20,818 bases of DNA from Cyanophyceae cyanobacterium (GTDB taxonomy: Bacteria > Cyanobacteriota > Cyanobacteriia > Cyanobacteriales > JBHJGN01). The position numbers and the translations under genes were made by a program. Below are positions 1 through 7,421 of the stretch, in pieces. The stretch spans positions 1 through 20,818 of the forward strand of contig JBHJGN010000062.1 of the NCBI GenBank assembly GCA_050331735.1, given 5' to 3'. The notes under the pieces are model-generated. The model was not told the DNA's origin, searched no databases, and worked only from the letters and a program-made list of their open reading frames with translations. Each line of letters opens with the position of its first letter. The stretch's first letter is position 1.

Positions 1-80
1 GCAACTTTTCTGATCGAGCTATCACCTTTTTCTACGGCATCAATTATCTTTTCTCGCAAATCTAAGGAATAAGGCTTCAT
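1..80 (-). CDS. IS630-family transposase, N-terminal HTH fragment (continues beyond window start)
   Basis: Minus strand from ATG at 80 reads MKPYSLDLREKIIDAVEKGDSSIRKVA, the typical YSxDLRxKI start of cyanobacterial IS630 transposases. Confidence 0.85.
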   Translation of the reverse strand, partial: MKPYSLDLREKIIDAVEKGDSSIRKV

Positions 81-139
81 CTGGCAACTTATTTTTACAA
101 TACTAGAGATTGTCCCCTATTTAGCTGCAAACTGCTGTA
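1..139 (-). mobile_element. IS630-family element, left end with TA target dinucleotide
   Basis: Minus strand TA|CAGCAGTTTGCAGCTAAATAGGGGAC... (TA at 138-139) lies about 57 bp upstream of the transposase ATG. IS630 elements insert at TA. The other end is outside the window. Confidence 0.7.
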
Positions 140-181
140 AGTCTTGAGAATCAACGACTAGATGGCGCTTACGCCCTTTAA

Positions 182-234
182 CCGCCGACCCAGCTTGAAT
201 GCATTCAAGCTGAAAAGCGGCGGTGCATTCCGCA
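182..234 (-). repeat. 53-bp structured micro-insertion E1
   Basis: Minus strand TGCGGAATGCACCGCCGC...GGTCGGCGG contains the perfect 22-bp palindrome CAGCTTGAATGCATTCAAGCTG (191-212). Removal restores the codons K-V-K. Homologous to 6587-6640. Confidence 0.85.
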
Positions 235-269
235 CCTTTTTGCCACCATCAAAACCGTAGACTGCCCCC

Positions 270-319
270 TGCTTGGTGCGCGTGACCGCCGGAAGTGGTT
301 CCGGCTAGGTTGCATCCGC
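270..319 (-). repeat. 50-bp structured micro-insertion E2
   Basis: Splits the A7/G5 run of the IS5 remnant. Internal hairpin GCCGGAA-N4-TTCCGGC. Confidence 0.7.
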
Positions 320-327
320 TTTTTTTA

Positions 328-382
328 GTCCGCACCTGGGTTCTCGGAGCTTCGCCATCTCCGCTTTCTGCGCTGGGCGGAC
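328..382. repeat. 55-bp GC-rich segment E3 with terminal inverted repeat
   Basis: Bounded by GTCCGC (328-333) and GCGGAC (377-382), with an internal CGGAG/CTCCG stem. The empty site cannot be reconstructed. Confidence 0.45.
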
Positions 383-403
383 GACGACATTATCTTCGTA
401 GTT

Positions 404-826
404 TTAATTGCTCTCAAGAGTTGTAGTTGAGATACTCCACCATACACGATGTACGAGGGTTGACGAAACGTATACTAGTGTGAATCCAATTAAAGGATGA
501 AGTATCTCTAAATGCAGAGGAGTTTTAAGATGAATGCTGCAAAACTGTAGTCCCATCAGCACTGGTAAGCTAGTAGCTAAAGCACGAATTCTCCTGGAGA
601 AAGGTAAAATCGCCGATCCTGCTAGCAAGACTAATGATATTCCAGCGTACCCCCGCACCCATAAAACATGAATATTCCACCAACCTGGATCGTTGAAGTA
701 AGCAATTCCTACGGTTAACAACTGGGCAATTAAACAGAGATTGAAAAGAACGGCGATCGCATAAAAACCAATTTTCATCCAGTATTGGGGAGATTTGTCG
801 CGACCGAGTGTCGAATTTATAGTCAT
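404..826 (-). CDS. Small integral membrane protein (DUF6220-like)
   Basis: 140 aa with about 4 hydrophobic segments and conserved-looking His motifs (WWNIH, ILHPLIG). Overlaps the upstream gene by 4 bp (ATGA). Confidence 0.75.
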   Translation of the reverse strand: MTINSTLGRDKSPQYWMKIGFYAIAVLFNLCLIAQLLTVGIAYFNDPGWWNIHVLWVRGYAGISLVLLAGSAILPFSRRIRALATSLPVLMGLQFCSIHLKTPLHLEILHPLIGFTLVYVSSTLVHRVWWSISTTTLESN

Positions 827-1494
827 GACAAACTGCCCTCCTTTTCTGGAAATAAATTTTGCATAGCGTAAGCAATGGCTTGATTTACCAGTTCTGTCCC
901 TGCTTTCTCTGGCGAACCTACATCGAATGGTGGGGCTGGATCGTACTCCATCAAAAGTTGATTTATTTTGGCAACTTCCTCGCCATAAAGGGCAGCAGCA
1001 ACCGTCAAAGCGAAATCGATTCCTGCGGTAACACCTCCGCCAGTGTACCTGTTGCGATCGACGACGACTCTTTCTGTACCGACTTCAACACCCAACTGGG
1101 CTAACTTATCCCGCGTCGCCCAGTGAGTTGCTGCCCGATATCCTTCGAGTAGCCCTGCTTTGGCTAAAAATTCCGAACCGCCACAGACAGAGGTAATAAA
1201 TTTAACCTTACTTTGCCGACGGAAAAAATCAATTACTTCATCGTCGTTTACTATTGCTGGCTGTCCCATACCACCGCCGACACAGATTAGATCTAAGGTT
1301 GGACAATTGGCAAAGGTGGTATCGGGTAAAATCTTCATGCCATCGTCAGTGGCGATCGCATCTAAATTTTTCCAGATTCGATGGATTTTGACATTGGGTA
1401 AACCGCTAAACACTTGTTGCGGTCCAACGATGTCTAGTGCGGTCATGCCAGGATATATTACCAAACCAATAACATAATTTTTAGAGTCAGTCAT
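823..1494 (-). CDS. DJ-1/PfpI family protein (isocyanide hydratase InhA-like)
   Basis: Motifs MTALDIVGP, ITSVCGG (catalytic Cys), ATHW, TGGGVTAGIDFAL, EYDPAPPFDVGSP. GAGGA RBS upstream. Confidence 0.92.
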   Translation of the reverse strand: MTDSKNYVIGLVIYPGMTALDIVGPQQVFSGLPNVKIHRIWKNLDAIATDDGMKILPDTTFANCPTLDLICVGGGMGQPAIVNDDEVIDFFRRQSKVKFITSVCGGSEFLAKAGLLEGYRAATHWATRDKLAQLGVEVGTERVVVDRNRYTGGGVTAGIDFALTVAAALYGEEVAKINQLLMEYDPAPPFDVGSPEKAGTELVNQAIAYAMQNLFPEKEGSLS

Positions 1495-1564
1495 AAATCA
1501 GTTGTCCTCATATGTTTGCAATAAAATCTATCCTTTATACTAAGAGGAACAACTCACCGCGCCT

Positions 1565-1582
1565 AGTACTCGATCGGGTACT
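1565..1582. promoter_or_regulatory. Palindromic operator candidate between divergent DJ-1 and LuxR genes
   Basis: AGTACTCGATCGGGTACT is 16/18 self-complementary and lies 14 bp before the regulator ATG. Confidence 0.5.
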
Positions 1583-1596
1583 CTTCAAGACAATAT

Positions 1597-2265
1597 ATGA
1601 CTGACTTACAGCTTCTATTTAAAGAAATAGATCGAGTAAAAAACGAATCCCAGTTGCGATCGCATTTAGCACCAAAGATTGGTGAGTATTTTACTGCTAC
1701 GCGATCGGGAGTATTTTTCTTTGAATCCCTCTTAAGCGATCCTAGATTTAAAAATATCCTCAATCTTGCCCTATCCATCGAACGGAATCCCGTAGCGCGT
1801 TATCTAGCCGAACGCCATACACCCGTTCACGAAGAGATGGTAACATCACCAAAAGCTTGGAAAATTATTTGTCCCCGTCCCGATCATTGGCACGTAATGG
1901 CAGGACCAATTGTTAATCGCGGTCAATTAGTAGGTGTAGTGGGTTGTACTCGCGAACGATCGATGCCTGCTTTCAATACCGAAAATTTAGCTGATTTAAG
2001 TGCTATTTGTTTGCATTTATCAGTTTGGTCGGCGACGGTAAAATCTGCCCAATACAGCGATTCCATTGCCCTTTTGACACCTCGCGAATTAGAAATCGCC
2101 GAATTAGTTGCTGAGGGAAAAACCAATGCGGAAATTAGTCGCGAGCTTTGGATTACAATCAATTCTGTCAAACAGGCTCTCAAACGAATGTTTCGCAAAC
2201 TTGAAGTTTCCTCTCGCGCAGAAATGGTGGCGCAGCTTTTTACCATAAGCAGTTCTGCCAAATAA
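1597..2265 (+). CDS. GAF domain plus LuxR C-terminal HTH transcriptional regulator
   Basis: C-terminal LTPRELEIAELVAEGKTNAEISRELWITINSVKQALKRMFRKLEVSSR. N-terminal GAF-like region (MAGPIVNRGQLVGVVGCTR). Confidence 0.92.
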   Translation: MTDLQLLFKEIDRVKNESQLRSHLAPKIGEYFTATRSGVFFFESLLSDPRFKNILNLALSIERNPVARYLAERHTPVHEEMVTSPKAWKIICPRPDHWHVMAGPIVNRGQLVGVVGCTRERSMPAFNTENLADLSAICLHLSVWSATVKSAQYSDSIALLTPRELEIAELVAEGKTNAEISRELWITINSVKQALKRMFRKLEVSSRAEMVAQLFTISSSAK

Positions 2266-2624
2266 ACCTAAAATACAATGTGTTTGATTTAAATCCCGAA
2301 TTAACTACTGCCAGCATCAAAAACAACAATGCTCAAATAATGACACTTTAAAGAGATTTGGCAGAATGTCGGTCACTCCTGAGCGACTGCCCGTTTCAGT
2401 TCGACAGGCACAGGCTTAATGAAGGCGATTGCCTCCTTAACTCCTCCAAAAAGTAAGGAACTGTTACCTTTCTAAATCCTTAACTTTTCTGTATCGACCG
2501 CTTCTAAGAATCGTCGTATAAATAGGGCTATCAAGGTTAAACCAGTACTAAGAATGCTAATTAACCCAATTTTAAATCGCTTCAATGCCCTGAGATTCAT
2601 CTGCCGATTGGAGAAGAAGTCACC

Positions 2625-3797
2625 ATGCAGAATAGTTTAAGTCAACCATTTCGACAGGCGCGGTGGGCGATTGGTTTAGCCATCGGTTCAATAGCCATCG
2701 CGGGAGCTGGCGTCATCTACTACACCCATTCTCCATCATCATCTGTCCCTGCCCTCCCAGCAGAAACTCAACCAGTTAAGGTTACTGCTTTGGGGCGACT
2801 GGAACCTCAAGGAGAGGTCGTGCAGGTATCTCACCCCTCCCATCCGAGCGGTGTTTATCGAGTCGAGCAATTACTGGTTGAAGTGGGCGATCACGTTGAA
2901 GCCGAGCAAACGATTGCTATTTTAGATAACCGCGAGCGCTTGGAAGGAGCCGTTCAGGAAGCTAAAGAGCAGGTTAAGATAGCTCAGGCAAATCTCAACC
3001 AAGTCCAAGCCGGAGCGCAGCAGGGAGAACTCGACGCTCAACGCGCAACCATCGCTCGTCTAGAAGCGCAGCTAGCGGGAGATATTAGAACTCAACGCAC
3101 AACGATTGCTCGCCTCGAAGCAGAGCGGCAAAATGCCGAAGTAGAGTACCAGCGCCATCTATTCCTCTACCAAGAGGGAGCCATTTCCGCCTCAGCGCTA
3201 GACAGTCGCTCCTTAACTTTTCAAACGGCTCAAGAGCAGGTGAATGAGGCAAGCGCGGCACTTGAGCGCACGAACCGCACTCTACAGCAGCAGATTCAAG
3301 TTGCTAAAGCAACCCTCGCTCGCATTGCGGAAGTCCGCCCAACGAATATTGCTGCTGCCAGAGCGGAAGTGGACCGGGAGATCGCCGCCGTTGCCAGAAG
3401 CCAAGCTGAATTGGATGCCGCATACATTCGCGCTCCTCAAGCGGGTCGGATTCTGCAAATTCATACCGATACGGGAGAAGCTGTCGGTAATCAGGGCGTT
3501 GTGGACTTAGGACAAACGGAACGGATGTACGCGGTGGCTGAAGTATACGAAGGCGATATCGGTAAAATTCGTATTGGTCAAGCTGCCACCATCATTGCCG
3601 ATACCCTTTCGGGCAACCTTCGCGGAACCGTCGAACAAATCGGCTGGACGATTGCCAAACAAGACGTGCTCAATACCGATCCAACCGCCGCCATCGATGC
3701 CAGAGTGGTTGAGGTCAAAATTGGCTTAGATGAAGCCGCCAGTCAGCGCGTAGCGCAATTAACGAACTTACAGGTAGACGTGGAGATCGAGCTATGA
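2625..3797 (+). CDS. devB: DevB/HlyD-family ABC exporter membrane fusion protein
   Basis: N-terminal TM helix, VTALGRLEPQGEV, long coiled coil, AEVYEGDI, DARVVEVKI...LTNLQV. Confidence 0.92.
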   Translation: MQNSLSQPFRQARWAIGLAIGSIAIAGAGVIYYTHSPSSSVPALPAETQPVKVTALGRLEPQGEVVQVSHPSHPSGVYRVEQLLVEVGDHVEAEQTIAILDNRERLEGAVQEAKEQVKIAQANLNQVQAGAQQGELDAQRATIARLEAQLAGDIRTQRTTIARLEAERQNAEVEYQRHLFLYQEGAISASALDSRSLTFQTAQEQVNEASAALERTNRTLQQQIQVAKATLARIAEVRPTNIAAARAEVDREIAAVARSQAELDAAYIRAPQAGRILQIHTDTGEAVGNQGVVDLGQTERMYAVAEVYEGDIGKIRIGQAATIIADTLSGNLRGTVEQIGWTIAKQDVLNTDPTAAIDARVVEVKIGLDEAASQRVAQLTNLQVDVEIEL

Positions 3798-4948
3798 AAC
3801 GTTGGATTCCTCTAGCTTGGCTTCAGCTCATTCGCCAAAAAGGACGATTTTTGGTAGCACTGTCTGGCATTGCGTTTGCTGATATTCTGATGTTGATGCA
3901 AATTGGGTTTGATTCTGCCCTCTACGAGAGCAATACGCGCCTGCATCAAAAACTTAACGCAGACATCGTTCTCATTAGTCCTCACGCTTGGTACTTAGCT
4001 AGAATGGCAACCTTTCCCCGTCGCCGCCTGTATCAGGCAGCAAGTTTGCCAGGGGTCGAAGCTACCGCTCCTCTATACGCTCAGATCGTCGAGTGGGAAA
4101 ACCCACAGACCAATCTCCTCACGGGTATCTTCCTCTTTGGCTTCGATCCAGAAAGACCCGCTTTTGACCTACCGGGAGTGAATCAAAACCTCGATCAGAT
4201 TCGGCGACCGGACACCTTGTTGTTCGATCGAGCATCGAGGGGAGAGTACCAGCAGGCGATCGCCCGTTTGGCTCAGGGCGAAACTGTAACAACCGAAGCG
4301 GGAGGGCGCACTATCCATCTCAGGGGACTCTACGAGGTAGGAGCTTCTTTTGCGGGGGATGGGAGTCTGATGACCAGCGACCAGAACTTTTTACGCCTTG
4401 TGCCTCAACGCAAAGCAGGGGAGGTCAGCGCTGGGCTCATTACTCTAACACCCGAAGCTGATTTAAATGCGGTGAAAGTAGCCTTAATGTCGCATCTGCC
4501 TGACGACGTTTTGGTGCTGAGCCGTCAAGAGTTTATTGACTTTGAGAAAAGTTACTGGAGAAAAAACACAGCCATTGGGTTTATCTTCGCCCTAGGAACC
4601 ATGATGGGATTTGTTGTCGGTGTCATCATTGTCTACCAAATTTTGTACAGCGATGTGGCTGAGCATACGGCAGAATATGCCACTCTTAAAGCAATGGGCT
4701 ATCGCAACCTTTATTTACTAAGTGTTGTTTTTCAAGAAGCCTTGATCTTAGCTGTCCTTGGTTACATTCCTGGAAACTTAATTACCATCGGGCTTTATGC
4801 TCTGACGCGCAATGCCACCAATTTGCCGATCTATATGACTCTATCGCGCACAGTTTACGTATTGTTGCTCACCATTATGATGTGCATTGCCTCTGGAGCC
4901 ATTGCGGTTCGTAAACTACGAGCAGCAGATCCGGCAGATATTTTCTAA
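3794..4948 (+). CDS. devC: DevC-family ABC transporter permease
   Basis: PLAWLQL, GIAFADILMLMQIGF, YQILYSDV..H..EYATLKAMGY, C-terminal ADPADIF. Confidence 0.94.
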   Translation: MKRWIPLAWLQLIRQKGRFLVALSGIAFADILMLMQIGFDSALYESNTRLHQKLNADIVLISPHAWYLARMATFPRRRLYQAASLPGVEATAPLYAQIVEWENPQTNLLTGIFLFGFDPERPAFDLPGVNQNLDQIRRPDTLLFDRASRGEYQQAIARLAQGETVTTEAGGRTIHLRGLYEVGASFAGDGSLMTSDQNFLRLVPQRKAGEVSAGLITLTPEADLNAVKVALMSHLPDDVLVLSRQEFIDFEKSYWRKNTAIGFIFALGTMMGFVVGVIIVYQILYSDVAEHTAEYATLKAMGYRNLYLLSVVFQEALILAVLGYIPGNLITIGLYALTRNATNLPIYMTLSRTVYVLLLTIMMCIASGAIAVRKLRAADPADIF

Positions 4949-4975
4949 GGGGCGATCGCTATTTCTACCTTAGCT

Positions 4976-5674
4976 ATGCAAACCCTATCCTCTACTCTTC
5001 CCGATCCGGCAACCTCTGTCATTGCTGTTACAGCCCTCAATTACTACTTTGGTCAAGGTCAGTTACGCAAGCAGGTTCTCTTCGATATCAATCTCACAAT
5101 CCACGCTGGTGAAATTGTGATTATGACCGGACCTTCAGGTTCAGGAAAGACAACCTTATTGAGTTTGATCGGGGGATTGCGCTCGGCTCAAGCAGGCAGC
5201 CTCAAAGTATTGCAGCAAGAGTTGTGTGGCGCAAGTCAGGAGCAATTCATTCAAGCTCGGCGCAACATTGGCTACATCTTTCAGGCACACAATCTTCTTA
5301 ATAGTCTCACGGCATTGCAAAACGTACAGATGTCGCTACAGCTCCATAATTGCTCTTGGCACGAGAAGCAAGCTAAAGCGGCTGAGATGCTCAAAGCGGT
5401 TGGGTTAGAAAACCGCCTTCATTACTATCCTGACAATCTTTCTGGGGGACAAAAGCAGCGGGTCGCCGTTGCCCGTGCTTTGGTCAGCCGTCCTCCCATC
5501 GTCTTAGCCGATGAACCAACGGCTGCCCTTGATAGTAAATCTGGTCGAGATGTCGTCGAGCTGATGCAAGAACTAGCGCAACAGGACTGCACGATTCTCA
5601 TGGTAACTCACGACAACCGCATTTTAGACATTGCTCATCGCATCGTTCGCATGGAGGATGGCGTTGTGCAATAG
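4976..5674 (+). CDS. devA: DevA-family ABC transporter ATP-binding protein
   Basis: Walker A GPSGSGKT, signature LSGGQKQR, Walker B VLADEPT, VTHDNRILD. Confidence 0.94.
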   Translation: MQTLSSTLPDPATSVIAVTALNYYFGQGQLRKQVLFDINLTIHAGEIVIMTGPSGSGKTTLLSLIGGLRSAQAGSLKVLQQELCGASQEQFIQARRNIGYIFQAHNLLNSLTALQNVQMSLQLHNCSWHEKQAKAAEMLKAVGLENRLHYYPDNLSGGQKQRVAVARALVSRPPIVLADEPTAALDSKSGRDVVELMQELAQQDCTILMVTHDNRILDIAHRIVRMEDGVVQ

Positions 5675-6586
5675 AGCTATTCCTTTTCTGTCAGATTCCG
5701 AGGAATCGAAGAACACAGATAAAAGAAAAATCCGCGATAAGGCAGGGAGAGCGATGGATGTAGAACTACAGATCCTCGCGCCAGTTGCCCGGAGACCCTC
5801 AGCCCACCGTAACGTTTATTGATGAGTATTGTAGCGGCTACAAAGACCTGTTTCCAGAAGTAAGAGGATACGAATGTTTTAAATACCTACATCTAGGAAT
5901 CATTTCCCCAATACCGAGAAAATCATTACCAGAAATAGCCAAAATAGTCGGCATCAATTCAGCCCAGTCACTACACCACTTTATTGCTCAATCGCCTTGG
6001 TCTGTAGCAGAGTTTAGACAAAGAAGATTAACCAAAACCCTCACCGCCTTAGCCGGACAGAAAATTACCATAGTGATTGATGAATGCTTATGGTGTTTAT
6101 GAGCAGGTCACATTTCCGCTGCTGTCTAAAGTGTTCAAACCCAAAGGCACACTAAAACCCGAAGACCAGTACAAAACCAAAATCGAATTAGCTTCACCAA
6201 TTATTGAAGAACTAGTTGAATTTGGCTTTGAAATCGAGCTAGTTCTGGCGGACAGTTTGAGGGCGTGAAAGTAGCGCCTTCATCCACACTTTAGAGCAAT
6301 ATAAGTTGCCTTGGGTCTTAGCAATTAGAAGTAATCATGGAGTGCTAATGCCCTGCGAGCAGAGGGTTAGAGCTAACAAATGGTGTAAGTTTGAGCGAGT
6401 GTTTAGCGACCACACTGCTGAAACTAGATATATCCGAGAAATTATTTTCGGCGAGAGAGATGCGAGAACCTATTGGGAAGTTACCACTGACCCGGAAACA
6501 ATGCCGGACAATTCTACTTCGTTCGTTATGACCAACCTTGCTGGTAAAAGTTCTTAGCTCAAGAAGGTTCTTGGCAATCTTTATGG

Positions 6587-6640
6587 TGCGGAATGCACTG
6601 CCGCTTGCGACCTGGAATCGAATTCCAAGTCGGTCGGCAG
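6587..6640 (+). repeat. 54-bp structured micro-insertion E4 (homolog of E1)
   Basis: TGCGGAATGCACTGCCGCTTGCGACCTGGAATCGAATTCCAAGTCGGTCGGCAG. Removal restores TAT GGG TTA AGA ACC TGG (YGLRTW). Confidence 0.85.
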
Positions 6641-6686
6641 GTTAAGAACCTGGGTTGAATATAGCTTCCGACAGTGTCAACAAGAG

Positions 6687-6739
6687 TCAGCCGGTGCACC
6701 GGAATGCGATTCCGGTGTACCGGCTGACCCTGATACGGG
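6687..6739 (+). repeat. 53-bp structured micro-insertion E5
   Basis: 20-bp stem GTCAGCCGGTGCACCGGAAT-GCG-ATTCCGGTGTACCGGCTGAC (one G-T pair) plus a short CCC..GGG hairpin. Removal restores GAG TTA GGT TGG (ELGW). Confidence 0.85.
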
Positions 6740-7147
6740 TTAGGTTGGACCGACTACCGCTTCACCAAATTTGAGCAAATCGAGAAGTGGTGGGAAATGA
6801 TTATGAGAGCTTATTTAATGATTAGTTTGAAACGAAAGCTTTCGGTCTTTTAAATCAAGCTCAGAGTACACCTAATGCTGAGCAAGGTCTGAGGGATTTT
6901 CCTCGTCATCAACACTGGAATCATCAACAGAGATGGAAAAACACCCTCAATAATCTTCGTTTGATTATTTAACCACTGATTTTGTTGTGGTTAATTTATC
7001 CCTGGTTAGCTGTTTTTCCCAATTCCACCTATTGCTTGGCTTTCGTGACTCTCATGGCCCTCATGAATCAATTTTACTCTTACTTTCCTGACGGGTAAAC
7101 TCGCTTGTTTATGACTTCTTCACCTCGGAATCTGACAGAAGAGGGAT

Positions 7148-7421
7148 AGCTCGAAAACCTGCTCTCACTGTTGGTATCAAGTGGACGAACTCTCTCTAGC
7201 CGTTAGAGAGTGGGTCCGAGTTGCGTTACCCGTCACGACAGGGAGGGAAATGCAGCGCTCAGCATTAGAGCAGAAGGCATCAGGATACTAAAGGCGGAGG
7301 GAACACCCGTCTCTGCTAGTGGAGGAAGTGTCAGACCAACTCGCGGTCGTAAGACTAAGACGAGGCAATTTCCGGCAAAGCTAGAAACCACGGCTTCAAA
7401 GAAGTAAGTCGTGGTAGTTAA
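7148..7421 (+). pseudogene. tnpB: IS200/IS605-family tnpB 3' remnant with right-end hairpin
   Basis: SSKTCSHCWYQVDELSLAVREWV / PSCVTRHDREGNAALSIRAEG (Zn finger and RuvC-III, frameshifted, DRD changed to DRE). Followed by hairpin ACCACGGCTT (7387-7396)/AAGTCGTGGT (7406-7415) and AGTTAA. Confidence 0.82.

Larger units (their letters stand above)
140..330 (-). pseudogene. IS5-family (IS1031-like) transposase remnant, interrupted by micro-insertions and cut by IS630
   Basis: Removing 270-319 and 182-234 restores minus-strand AAAAAAAGGGGG (frameshift-type run) followed by KGAVYGFDGGKKVKGRKRHLVVDSQDL, the conserved GxDxxKKVKGRKRHxxVD motif. Confidence 0.85.
5754..7098 (+). pseudogene. IS701-family transposase pseudogene
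   Basis: Fragments MDVELQIL / PTVTFIDEYC...RKSLPEIAK...QSLHHF / NAYGVY..TFPL...VLADSL / AIRSNHGV / GNLYG..LRTWVEY / LGWTDYR / YFPDG*. Multiple frameshifts, in-frame TAG at 6555-6557, an apparent deletion at 6081-6084 and two micro-insertions. Confidence 0.9.
5679..7147 (+). mobile_element. IS701-family insertion sequence, decayed
   Basis: 25-bp terminal IRs ATTCCTTTTCTGTCAGATTCCGAGG (5679-5703) and CCTCGGAATCTGACAGAAGAGGGAT (7123-7147), 2 mismatches. Flanked by AGCT on both sides (5675-5678, 7148-7151). Confidence 0.88.

Noticed and set aside
182..236. GTGCG at the 5' end of E1/E4 suggesting a group II intron
   Set aside because: Only about 54 nt, with no domain V or VI and no AY 3' end.
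140..400. Clustered hairpins as a CRISPR array or tRNA
   Set aside because: No identical direct repeats with spacers and no cloverleaf. Explained as inserts in an IS5 remnant.
2361..2420. GC-richer folded patch (TGTCG...CGACA) as another micro-element
   Set aside because: Stems are short, and there is no second copy or reconstructable empty site.
2454..2468. NtcA-like site upstream of devB
   Set aside because: GTA and TAC are separated by 9 nt, not 8.
2625..5674. devBCA as evidence of heterocyst glycolipid export
   Set aside because: DevBCA paralogs are widespread, including in non-heterocystous strains. The substrate cannot be inferred.
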